Shown one piece after another: positions 1-11,638 of a stretch of 50,698 nt of DNA; position 1 is the first letter of the stretch, and every line of letters begins with the position of its first letter. Source of the DNA: Rhizaria sp. SCN 62-66 (Eukaryota). Both the position numbers and the translations under genes were made by a program. Where the stretch lies: contig MEDY01000063.1 in assembly GCA_001724265.1 (NCBI GenBank), positions 62,001 through 112,698 on the forward strand. The letters run 5' to 3'. A model generated the notes under the pieces. That model saw only the letters and a list, made by a program, of their open reading frames with translations. It did no database searches and was not told where the DNA came from.

Positions 1-11
1 TGAGTACGTAC

Positions 12-1305
12 CAGGTCTGCCATGGGCGCGTAGATCTGGCGGTCCTTCTCGCGGAGCGAGGAGCGGTAGCTCTTGCCGTCACTGCCGGCCTCGAGCGCGG
101 CGCCCTCGCGCGCCTCCTGCTGCTGCTGCGCCGTGGGCAGCGGGTCGTCGAGCACGGTGAAGGCGTCGATGGCGAAGTCGCCGACGCCGGCCAGGTGGAT
201 GTTCTGCCCGGGCTTGAGGTTGGTGCCGCGCACGTAGCCGTAAAGCGCGACCGTGCGGTCCGTCACCGGGTTCGCGGCGACCTGGCCGGGGTGCGTCATG
301 TCCTCCACGCGGTCTGCCAGCACGTACGAGTGCGCGATGCGCCACGAGAGCGGCGCGGGCTTGACGACCGAGACGAAGCGGCCCAGATTGATCACCTCGC
401 GACGCAGGTACTTGCCGTGCATGACACCAGAGAAGTAAAAGAGCTTGGAGCCATCGCAGACCTCGGTCCAGAAGCGTTCCTTCATGATCTTCTTGAGTCG
501 GCGCAGCTGCTTCGACTCGCGGAAGTTGTCCAGGTGGGTCAGGATGCCGATGACCTTGGGGAAACCGTGCGTCTTGAGGATGTTGAGGAACTCGAACGTC
601 TCCATCTCGAAGCCGAAGCTGGCGTCGATGACGAGCAGCACCAGGTCCGCAACCTTGGCGGCGTCGAGCCTGTGGCGAGCCGACATTTATCAGAAGAGAA
701 TAAAGAGGGTATATGTGAGTAAAATAAGTTGAAAATAATACAAGCAATAAATGGTGTACTGTCCATGCTTAGACCATAGTATTATCTTAATGCGCATTGA
801 CTAGCATCTTGAAAAGCAACGTTATATGCAATGGGCAGTGTTATCGCTATAGTTTTGTCGTAAGCACGTACATGGAGCCCATGTCGTTCGCGACCTCGAG
901 GAAGGTCACGCGGCGCGACTTGCCCGTGGTGATCGAGATCGGGCCCGAGGGGTCGCTGACGTTAACCTTGGAGTAGCTCTTGACGAGCGACTTGATGACT
1001 GTGGACTTGCCGACGCCGGGCGGGCCTGCAACGGCCACAACCAGCGGCGGCGGCACGGCCACCGCGCGCGAGGGCATCACGAAGTGCTGGCGGCGCTGCT
1101 CCATGAGCGAGGCGTAGCCGGCGAGCTTCTTGGCGCGGATCGAAGACGCGATGCCAAACGCGCGCGGGTCGCGGCGCTTGTTGGGGTTGTTCTTAGGGTC
1201 GACGCCTGCCTTCTTGAGTTTGTACGCCGCGCGCTTGTCCGACTTGACGCCGGACTGCTTCGCGCGGAACGGGCGCGACGGCGCCGGGTTGCCTGCGTCA
1301 CTCAT
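12..1305 (-). CDS. BMS1: Ribosome biogenesis GTPase Bms1, 5' part (exons 1305-872, 669-~12; continues beyond window start)
   Basis: Translation shows PPLVVAVAGPPGVGKSTVIKSL (P-loop), RRVTFLE, MLDAAKVADLVLLVIDASFGFEMETFEFLNILKTHGFPKVIGILTHLD and YGYVRGT, all typical of Bms1. GTACGT..AG intron at 871-670 joins in frame. Confidence 0.95.
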
Positions 1306-1595
1306 GCAGAGGCGGGACCGAGAGGGACGGTGACCTGGAGGGGTGGCGGGGCGCGGGGAGCGAAAAGCGGGAGGACGAAGTTGCAGTTGGTGAGGGGGCC
1401 GTAGTGTGAAAAAACAGGGGTCGGAGCGAGACGGGACGTCAGGTTGGAAAGAAACTACAACAAATTCAAATAGTAAATCAGCGTGTCACTGTTATATACG
1501 CTATTCATATATCTCTCTGTCGATGGGAAAGACCTCTAGGCTCATCTGCCTTCTACGGTGTCCGTGATTGCTGCAGTTGCTTGCTGGAACCATGC

Positions 1596-1608
1596 TTTTT
1601 CGCGAACC
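1596..1608 (+). promoter_or_regulatory. Candidate promoter motif TTTTTCGCGAACC (between divergent BMS1 and DnaJ)
   Basis: The same or a near-identical 13-mer recurs in three other divergent intergenic regions. Confidence 0.45.
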
Positions 1609-2062
1609 GAGCCGCTTGCAGCAGTCATCGTAGTAGCTTCACCGCGGCGATGGTGGGCAAAGGAGTGTTCGTTACATGGGTTGTTGATGGTGGTACGGTC
1701 GAGTGTTCACATTGTAGTTGGTGGCATAGATGTGTCTGCGAGTTCGAGATGCGTGTAGCGTAATTACACCTGAAAAGTCTTCACTCACTTGCTCTACGCA
1801 CGTCCTCGAAGCTAGTCCAGGCGAGATACCCCCATTACCCGATGGCGGGAAACCTTTCTCTCGCGCGCCCACTCTGCCATTCGCTGCCATATCAACGAAG
1901 CTTTACTAAAACATCCATACTATTGCAAATTATCGCATACTATGCCTTTACTTCTTCTAACGTCGAAATCATTCCGGTACGCCTTCGCAAAGCACTCACC
2001 CAACGTCCTTGCTGTACTCGATTCAACTTGTTCCCCTCGCTTTGCGCAGACCCCTCGTGTCC

Positions 2063-2860
2063 ATGAGCAGCGCTGCCCCCCGTCGCGCCCGCCCGGCCCG
2101 CATTGCGGCCCTTCTTCTTGTCGCTTTCTGCGCGCTCCTCGCCTCTTCCGCCCCCGCCACCACCTTCGCTGTCGCCACTGACGTCGACGCCGCCGCTGCC
2201 ACCGAGACCGAGACTGCTGCCGCTGCCGAGCCCGCCGCCGCCGCCGCTGTTGCGCCTAAGCGCGCCAAGGTGAACGTGCCCGACTACACGACGTACTCGA
2301 TGGACGACATCAAGGCGCTGACCTTTTACGAGCTCCTCGGTCTTGAGCCGACCGCCGACACCAAGACGATCAAGCGCAACTTCCGCACCATCTCGCTGCG
2401 GCAGCACCCCGACAAGGCGACCACTGAGGAGGACAAGAAGCGCCGCGAGCTCTTCTACCCGCGCTTTGTGCTGGCCTCGGACACGCTGAGCGACGAGCGC
2501 AAGCGGCTCAACTACGACCACCTGCTCGAGATTGGCAAGCGCCCCGCCAAGATCACCGACTCGGACATCGACAACGCGTGGGACGAGAAGAACCAGCGGT
2601 GGGCCAGCGACGGCTTCTACGGCTTCCTGTCCGAGATGCAGGCGCTGGCGATCGTTGTGGCGACCACGGCGGCGGGTTTGCTGTACCCGATCTACAACCA
2701 CTACAAGAAGGGCCAGGAGAAGGCGGCCAAGGAGAAGGCCGCCAAGGCCGCGTCGCTGGCCAAGCTGCAGGCGCTCGCAGCCAAGGGCCGCGCGCAGTAC
2801 GAGGCTGAGGAGAGCAAGAAGAAGGCCGCCGCTGAGGCCAAGGGCAGCAAGAAGGCATAA
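2063..2860 (+). CDS. Membrane-anchored DnaJ/Hsp40 J-domain protein (signal peptide, J domain, one TM helix), probably ER
   Basis: Intronless ORF with a hydrophobic N-terminus (IAALLLVAFCALLASSA), J domain FYELLGL..IKRNFRTISLRQHPDK..LSDERKRLNYD with the HPD motif, TM segment ALAIVVATTAAGLLYPIY and a Lys/Ala-rich tail. Ends TAA. Confidence 0.85.
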   Translation: MSSAAPRRARPARIAALLLVAFCALLASSAPATTFAVATDVDAAAATETETAAAAEPAAAAAVAPKRAKVNVPDYTTYSMDDIKALTFYELLGLEPTADTKTIKRNFRTISLRQHPDKATTEEDKKRRELFYPRFVLASDTLSDERKRLNYDHLLEIGKRPAKITDSDIDNAWDEKNQRWASDGFYGFLSEMQALAIVVATTAAGLLYPIYNHYKKGQEKAAKEKAAKAASLAKLQALAAKGRAQYEAEESKKKAAAEAKGSKKA

Positions 2861-3330
2861 GTGCGCGAGATAAGCAAGCAGCTTAACCTCAGCACGCGAG
2901 AGATTGCCAGTAGCATTAGTAGCATTATTTAGTTTTAGTTTTGGTTTCACGCTTTAGTGAAGCCTTGTTTCGTTTACATCATGTAATATAGTAACACACA
3001 CCATCAATCATACAGTGTTTCCAGTTATTCACACAAATATCATTATGCAGCTATCAATACTATGTTAGACTTCAGTGATTGTTCTCGCAACAAAGGTGAT
3101 TGAAAGCACCATTATGTATGTTGTATTAATACTTAAGCTTATGCTATAAATACACACGTTGGCCTGTAATGCATAACTGACATTATGATCCCTTAATTCT
3201 GTGCTTCATTTGTTTCTTCTTGAAGCGCATGTTCACCTCCACGCACTTGGCTTGCACTCAGTCACCCACCACAACGCACGCACACTCATTCACTGGTTGA
3301 CTGACGGGTGCTATCGACGCGCTCATTCAC

Positions 3331-5439
3331 TCACTCAGTCTTCTAGTGGCTGTGGTTGGCAGCATCGTCCGACTTTTTCGGTCCCCCCGCCGCCGCGGTG
3401 GGCACGAGTTTGTTCATGCGGGCCTTGATCTCGGTGAACTCCCGGCGTGCGCGGTCCACCTCGTCCTTGCCCTGCGGCGTGTAGCCAACGGTCCCGCCCA
3501 GCGCGTTAGCCAGCGTCATCACGAGGCCCGCGGCGTCCCACAGACCCTGCAACAAGAGCGAGAAAACATAACATTGTGGGGTGAGAAATTGGTCGTGTTT
3601 ACTCGGAGTCGAGTATCTGCTTCAAAAAGTGCGTGAATTTGCGTGATATAAACAACTTATACACCCAAATTTAAATATACGACCAATATAGCGTGTTTTA
3701 TGTTTTGGTCGACGTACCTGGTGGACAGTCCAGCGCACCATGGGCATGGGCACGGTCACAGGGACCGGCGCGCCAGAGGGGTCGAGCACGGTGACTGTGA
3801 GGTGCTGGGAGTGGTAGTGGCGCAGCAGCGGCAGCGTCTCCTCGGCGTACGACTGCAGGCGCGTGTGGATGATCTCGGGCGTGTCGTCGCCGCGCTGGAT
3901 CAGATGGCCCTGGCACTGGACCGAGACAACACAGATACAAAATGAAAATATGTGATATAACATGAGTTACAAATGAAATGTTAGGATATAGCAAGTTGAA
4001 TATAAATACATTATCCCAGTAACGCATACGACTGTTGACATCGATGTTCGTTATCAACAAAGCAAACATAGAAATGGCACGTACGTTGTCGCAAATGCCC
4101 TCGACCTTCGGCAGGATGGCGGGCATGAAGAGCTCGTGGCCGTGCTCGTCCCGCTCCACAACGTGCGCCGTGTTGTACCCGTCGCCGCACGTGTCGCACA
4201 CGCGGCGGCCGAGTGCCTTCTTGACGATCACGTCCTCCTTGAGCCGCACCTCGAGCACGACATTGGGCGTCAGCGTGGGGCCAATGACCAGCGACGCGTC
4301 GCGCATCGTCTGGTGGTTAAGCCGCGCCGTCTCGAGCGTGCGGTCCGAGCCGGGCACGGGAGGGCGGTCGGTCTTGCCGCGTCGGGTGACGAGGTCCCAG
4401 ACCCACGCGCCGAAGGTCTGGAACAGTGCCACCGGGTCCTTGCGCTTGCTCATCGTCAGCTGGTGGAAGAGCTTGTACACCGGGTCCGGCTCGGCCGAAG
4501 TGAAGGCCATCGAGCCGGCCGCCTTGTGCTCCGCAACGAGCTTATCCCACTCGCTGCGCAACACCTTGTCGTCGTTGTCCTTCTCGAAGTACGCGCGCTT
4601 ATCGCTACGCTTGTCGCGGGCGGTCGTCTGCAGGTTTGCCAGAAGGCTCTCCAGGAGCGGGGCCTGCGACGCGCGCCGAGGGAACCCGTCCAGGATGTAG
4701 CCCTTGAGCACGTCCGACTGGCTCATGCGCTTGTCCAGCAGCGACAGCACCAGGTGGTCGTCCACGAGCGCGCCCCGCGATGTGAACGACTGCAACTTCT
4801 TGCCTAAATCGGAGCCCGACTTGATCTCGTTGCGGATCAGTTCACCCGTCGAGATCGTGGGGACGCGGAAGGCAGAGGAGAGATAGCGCGCAAAGGAGCC
4901 CTTGCCGGAGCCGGGGGCGCCGAGGATGATGCAGCGGAAGCCCGCGGGCAGGTGGGTTGCGAAGCCAGCGGCCTGGAGATATTCGAGATCAGTGAACGAA
5001 CAAAATAAAACAAACTAGTTAGATTTGAAGAGACAGATCTGCATTGGTAGATATGATACATTCGTGACGCACAGAAAAGATATGGATGCATTGTTATGTC
5101 AAATGAGATGTCAATAGAGAACGATTATCCATAGGTATGTTAGCGTGTTTTGTAAGAACGCACGTGGAGGGTGGGGGGCTTGCTGACGCGGAAGCCCGCG
5201 AGCGCCTCGGCCGAGAGCGACTCCGCAGCGGCAAAGCCGCCGGAGGGAGCAGCAGCAGCGCCCGGCGCGGACGTGGTGAAGCGCGTGGAGCTCGTGGTCG
5301 TGACGGCGGAGCGCGGGGCCGAGCGGGCGGCGGCGTTGCTGCTCAACGAAGACGAAGTGGACGACGAGAGAAGAGTGTTGTTGATGCGTGAAAACGCGCG
5401 CATGGCGTGCTTGGGACGCTGCGAAACAGTGGAAAGCAT
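3331..5439 (-). CDS. Adenylate kinase with Cys4 (zinc) LID and probable mitochondrial presequence; exons 5439-5164, 4972-4085, 3915-3718, 3546-3331 (ends at 3343 if TAG is the stop)
   Basis: IILGAPGSGKGS P-loop, ISTGELIR, GYILDGFPR, LID RRVCDTCG..CDN|CQGHLIQRGDD, and an S/R-rich N-terminus. Three GT-AG introns join in frame. Start codon is uncertain (5439 or 5403). Last exon reads ..CAC TAG AAG ACT GAG TGA. Confidence 0.88.
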
Positions 5440-6308
5440 CGCGATCCTCGTGTTGCACTGTGTGACAGTGTGAGGCAAGAGGGAACGACGGGTCTGCATG
5501 ACGTTTTGATCGAGAGCAAGTGAGATGATGTGAGAGAGGGATTTGAGACGAGGAATGCAACGCGATCATCACGATATCTTCCGTCGTTAAGGAAAATAAT
5601 AACGCCATGCCATTTAAAGAACATGAAAAAGTCAGAACCCAAAATTAGAATTGTTAAGAAGCTCGTCCTGGTACCTAACGCGCTTAAAATAACGTTCCTT
5701 CCAGTCTACAGTGTGGGCTGCGACCTAACTTGAGCCCAGACTGGCTGGTCGACCGATCGACCGACCAACCAAATCGCCCAGTCAGACAAGGCGCACGCGG
5801 ACCGACAGCCGAATCGAACCGAGTGTGGCGAGGCAGACGGGCCAGAAAGATTGCAGAGGGTGAGGAAACGTGGCAACGAAAGCATGTCACGGGACTGCAT
5901 TGCTATCGTAGTGGTGTCAAAGGAGACGTTGATATGCGTACTATTGGTGGTTTTATGAGTGTCCTTTCAATTATGACGTGAGTACTTGCTGTTTTCCAGT
6001 CGATATCTGCCCTGTTAACTTCTGCTTCGACACGGTCACGGTGGTATCGTCACCCTCGCTTTGCTATATCCGTCTCCCATGCGCTCCCTCCACCACTTTT
6101 CTTTTTGTTTTTCGTTGAAAGCAACCTATCAACATGTATATATTTGTGTTATCTTGCTTTTCATTCTGAAATCCTTCTCTACTATCCCCCACACTACCTT
6201 CTTCTCACTCCTTCGTTTCGCTCCCATGCCTCCCCTCCCCTTCGCCCCGGCCCCCCGCGCGCGTCCCCACCGCCTCCGTTCCCTCCCGCACCGCTTTGCC
6301 CGTATTAG

Positions 6309-9300
6309 ATGGCCGCCCCCGCGCGTCCCTCCGGCCCTCCGCCGCCGATCCCCCCCAAGACGGGCCCGCGCCCGCTGCCGCAGCTGCCGCTGCCCGGCTC
6401 GCGGCCCGGCATCGCGCCCCCGCCGACGCCGCTGTCGCCGCCCGCGGCCGCCGCACATCCCACTGCCGGCGCCGGCGCGGGTCCCGGCGCGGGCCCCGAC
6501 GCCGCGGCCGCGCCCAAGGCGGAGCTGACGCCCGAGCAGCAGGCCGCCGCGAAGATCGAGAAGTCGCGCCGCGTCCGCGCCCAGATCGCTAAGGAAGTGA
6601 TGACGACTGAAGTGTCTTACGTCGAAGGCCTCGCCGCGCTTGTCAAGATCGCGATCGATTACCTGCGCAAGAACGAGGTGCTCACCGAGGTCGAGATGAA
6701 TACGCTTTTCTCGCAGGCCGCCACCATCTACACCTTCAACGAGCAGTTCTGCGGTGAGGTCAAGGGCCGCATCGAGACCTACACAGACGACACACAGGTA
6801 CGTCTTAGTCCTATATCCTCTTAAGAGAAGCTATTTTTTTATTATAACAATACTTTGAGCTATTCTAATCCAAGCGGCAACCTTTATTCTTGAACATGTT
6901 GATATAATCGAAACTCATTGTTGCTCATCTGCTGTTTTCTGTCTCTGCCCTTAGGTCGGCGACCTGTTCGTCAAGTACGCGCCGTACTTCCGCATGTACA
7001 AGACGTACGCGGCGAACCACGAGCACGCGACCGAGTTCCTGGACAAGTTCAAGGCGCAGTCACGCTACGAGCCGGCGATGTTGGCGATTAAGCAGAACCC
7101 CCAGTTCCGCGCGCCCGACCTGGCGTCGTACCTGATCATGCCGATCCAGCGCATCCCGCGCTACCGCCTGCTGCTGGCGGACCTGTTCAAGCACACGCCC
7201 GAGGGCCACCCCGACCACGACGCCACTGCCAAGGCGCTAGAGCTCATCGGCGACGTCGCGACCGCCGTCAACGAGGCCATCAAGGGCCAGCAGAACCGCC
7301 ACACGGTGCTGCGCATCGCACAGTCGTTCACGAGCGACCTGGACATCGTGACGCCCTCGCGCCGCTTTGTGCGCCAGGGCACGCTCACCAAACGCTGCCG
7401 CGCGCGCAACATCGACTACGAGTTCTTCCTGTTCAATGACCTGCTCATCTACGCCTCGCGCACCGCCACGGGCAAGAACAAGCTCCACCGCGAAATTAGC
7501 ATCAACAAACGCTTCCTGGTGACGTCGCTCGAGGACGAGCCGCCGAAGCTGATGCACCGGTTCCAGATCGTCAACTCGATCAAGTCGTTCGAGGTGCTGG
7601 CCAGCTCCAAGGAGGAGAAGGAGGTCTGGCTGCTCGCGCTGGCTGAGTGCGTTGCCGAGCAGACGACGCGCATCACGGGCGCGGGCGCCGCGGCGGGGAC
7701 CGCGGGCGCGGCGGCGGCGGGCGACGGCGGGATTCTGGCGCCCGTGTGGCAGAACGACAACACGTCCAGCAACTGCACCAACTGCCGCGTCGAGTTCACG
7801 CTCTTCAACCGGCGCCACCACTGCCGCCGCTGCGGCGGGCTCGTCTGCGACAAGTGCTCCCGCTCGCGCATGTGCCTGCCCTCGTCGCCCAACACCAAGG
7901 AGCGCATCTGCGACGACTGCGTCCGCCTCCTCTCGAACAACAACAACAGCGGCAGCAGCAGCGGTAGCGGCAGCGCGAACGCTGCCAACTCCGCTGCCGC
8001 TGCCGCTGCTGCCGCCGCTGCCGCTGCTGCTGCTAGTGGTGGCCCCGTCAGCCCCAGCGGCACACCCGCGCGGCCGCCGCCGCCCTCGTCGCGGCCCGCG
8101 CCCCCCACCCCGCTCGCGCTCAACAACAACAACAACAACAACGCTGGCGCTGCCGGTGCCGCTGGCTCTGGGCCTGCGCCTGCAGCGGCTCTGTCCCCGC
8201 TGGCGGCCGCGATCGCGAGCAAGGCCGCGCAAATGGCGGCCTCGCGCCAGGCCTCAGCCTCGATGGCGGCCGCCAACAACGCCGGTAACGCCAACGGGGG
8301 CAGCAGCAACGCCCCCGCGAGCGCGGCCGCGACGCCGAGCCGGCCCAGCGTGGCGCCCCCGATCCCGCCCCATAGTAACCGGGCGGGGAGCACCGCGCAC
8401 GCGCCTGCGCTGCCCGCGCTGCCGGTGATCGCCCCCGCCCCCGCACTAATGGAGGGCGAGGACTCGACCGACAGTGAGGAGGAGGAGGAGGTCGCCGAGG
8501 CGCTCCGCAACGAGGCCGAGATCGCTGCTGCCGTCAACAACAACACCTACGGTACGCTCGGCGCCAACAGCGGTGCCAGCGCCGCCAATGGCGCGAACGC
8601 TGCCGCCGCTGCCACTGCTGCTGGTGCTGCGGCTGCGGCCGGCAGCGGCGTCGGCGTGGTCAACGAGAATGGCGAGGTGGTGACCCCCGAGGGCGTCTTG
8701 CGGCCCTACATGGTGTGCCGCGCGCTTTATGCCTACGTCTCCGCACAGCCTGGTACGTGTCTGCAAAATATGAACTGAAATGCAAATGATAACTTGAAAT
8801 GTGATAATGTCATGATATCCCTTTAAAGCGTTATTTTAATCATGATTGCTGTAATTCATAGTTTATTTTATGTCATTATCTTTCTCTGTGTCGATATCCC
8901 TCCAAATTCATCACTTACAAAATCTCGTCGATCTTTGCTATGATCGCACACTGATTGATAACAGGCGACCTGAACTTCTCCGAGGGCGCGATCATCCACG
9001 TCTACGTGCAGGACTCCTCCGGCTGGTGGACGGGCGCGCTGGCGTTCCCGAACCCGGCGACGGGATCGAACGAGCCAGGCATCTTCCCCAGCTCCTACGT
9101 TGTCATGGACGAGCTCGAGAACGCCGGCTACGCGCCCTACCCCTGGCTCTTCTCGGCGCTGTGCGTCGAGGGCGTCGAGGCTTTGGCCGACATGGGCAGC
9201 GCTATGGCGTACCAGCGCGGCGACATCATCTGCGTCTCCTCGGCCGCGGCCGAGTGGTACTTCGGCTACAATCTCCGCGACGGCGCTGAGGGCTGGGTCC

Positions 9301-10205
9301 GCGCCGCGCACCTGGGCCGCGTGGCCTCGCAGGACGCTGTCGGTGAGCTTGTCTCCAACGCCGCCTCGGCCGCCGCCAGCTACGCCGCCGCGGACGCCGG
9401 CGACAAGGCTGCTGCGGCTGCGGTCCCCGAGAGCAGTGTGTCTGTGGTGCTGCCCACCATCAACGAAAACGAGGCGGCCGGCGCCGGCGTTGCCAGCCCC
9501 ACCGCGGCCGGCGCTGCCGCTGCTGCTGCCTCTGCTGGCACTGCGAGTGCGGGCGCGGGCGCGAGCGGGTTCAGCCCGGTGACGCCGAGCGCCGTGCACT
9601 CGGCGGGATTCAACCCAGCCTCGCTGCCCGGCTACGCCGCCTCGGCAGCCGTCTCCACCTCGTCCTCGGCTACGCCCCCCGCCTTCCCCACAGCCGCCAA
9701 CAACAACAACGTCGGTGCGGCTGCAGTGGCCCCGCCAGCGTTCCCGCTCCCTGCTCAGCCCACCGGCTCGGCAGCCAACACGCGCGTCGGCCACAGCGCG
9801 CCCGCCGGGCCCCCCATGAGCTCCGCCGCGGGCGCCGCGGCCCCGACCGCGCCCAGTGTGCCCGTGTTTGTGCCGCCGCCCGCGGCCGCGGCCGTGGCGG
9901 CGCCTGCGATGGCGGAGCCTGCCCCCGCCGTGGCCGCCGCCGCCGCGCCGCCGCTGCCACCCGCGCCCCCGGCCGCCCCTGCCGCTGCCGCTGCTCCTAG
10001 GCCTCCAGTGCCCGCCGCACCCCCCGTCCCCGCCGCCGCTGCCGCTGCTCCTGCTGCTGCTGCAGGCGCAGGCGCAGGCGCAGGCGCAGGCTCCGGGACT
10101 GTGGGCGGCTGCACCGAGTGCGGGTGCAAGTCGTTCAACCCCAACGTGTTCAAGAAGACCGTCTGCAAGGACTGCACACACAACATGGCCTCGCACATGC
10201 ATTGA
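6309..10205 (+). CDS. FGD/frabin-like RhoGEF: DH-PH-FYVE, two SH3-like domains, Pro/Ala-rich linkers, C-terminal Cys/His motif; exons 6309-6797, 6955-8752, 8965-10205
   Basis: DH motifs EVMTTEVSYV and LIMPIQRIPRYRLLL; PH motif FFLFNDLLIY; FYVE WQND..CTNC..FTLFNRRHHCRRCGGLVCDKCS..RICDDC; SH3 ALYAY..GDLNF..GWWTG..GIFPSSYV. Two GTACGT-AG introns join in frame. Ends TGA. Confidence 0.92.
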
Positions 10206-11638
10206 GCGGGCCGGCCAACTCTAAGTAGGTACTTACATAGAGTGTAGTTGGGGCAGTGACGCGGGCTCTGGAGCTCTGGATGGGAGATAGAAGCTTTTTA
10301 AGCATGTTGGGCCTGCTTTGTCCAAAACGTGCTGGAATGGTGCGGAGATATGGAGGAACGCATATGCAACAACAACGGCCAGAGTCCGTCGGCAAGATTA
10401 CTATCGTTCAGTACATGTATAAGCAAGATCGAGAGCAAGCAACATGGGCCAGATGTTACGCGCAGTGCCTGCGCACCGGCCGTGACAGAGTGAACAGTGA
10501 CATTAAGAGCATCGTATTTGCCTGCTATTCTGCGCTTTCTCTCCACTGCTGCGTGTGATCTCTTTCATCACAGTATTATGAGTGTTAGTGGCTCTCCGTA
10601 TAGCGTTTGTGCTTGCGTCGTGCAATGTACGGGACATCATCTCATTTGTCACTAACGTTTGTTGCGCTGCTTTCTGTTGCTGTCACTGCCACTGTCACTG
10701 CACTGCCGCAGGCGCACTTGCAGTCGCCGCTAGAGTCACTGCCGTTTCTCTCTTTGTCGACGTGCTCATTTACTGTTGAGTTCTGATTTGCGTTCTTGCT
10801 TGTTCAATGGTGCCCGTTTCACGATTGCGTGTAATGCTGTTGTTATTTTTGTTGCTGCTGTTGCTTGATGCGCCTAGGTGAGCGTGTCACGTTTTTTTCT
10901 CGGCTGTATATTTCGACTCCCACTTATCACTCGCTCGCAACAGCCGCACCAAATCATCAACATCTTCAGCCTATCAGTTGCTCCAATCAAAGGCGTCCTT
11001 CACATTTGTGTCGTTGTATTCCATTAGTTTCATATCTTTTAATGCCTAGTTTATTTCAGGTTCTTGGTATTTGTAATCTTTTTTTTGTCTCTTGTTTCTT
11101 GTTTCTCTCAGTGTCGTTTTACGTTTTGTGTTTGTTTTTTTTTGGCCAAATTTTGCGATCTCATGCGAGCAGAAACGTGGCATCAAACTCTCGTAGTAAG
11201 TACATCATCATCAACAACAATCGTGATACTCACTACTAGTATTCGTAACGGTGCATTACCACAGCAGCACAATCAACCATACCAGCGTTAGTAGTAATGC
11301 CAAAATACACTAAACAACATTTCAACACCTCCACCCAACCGTTATTGTTTTTTAGGAACCTCAAGTACCTTAATGGGTAAGTGCTCACGCTCACGGAGTC
11401 AGGGACACATGAACCCGAATTGCATATACTACTGCATATATCCATAAGATTGAGTTAAAACTTGTATTTTCCGACTACATCGTATGTATACATATTGTCT
11501 ATTTGATTATCTGATTCGTATGTTGATTTTTGCTTGCAGTTTTCTTCCTCCATCTGTCACCGACAACTCATGACCACTTTTGTCGGCACCATTTCGCCCT
11601 TACACTACTGTATCTTTAATTGTCTTGCACCACCGGTT

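Noticed and set aside
3255-3340. (TCAC/GTGA)n-like repeats in 3' UTRs (also ~25067-25150)
   Set aside because: These are short, irregular simple repeats with no spacer structure. They are not CRISPR and give insufficient evidence of function.
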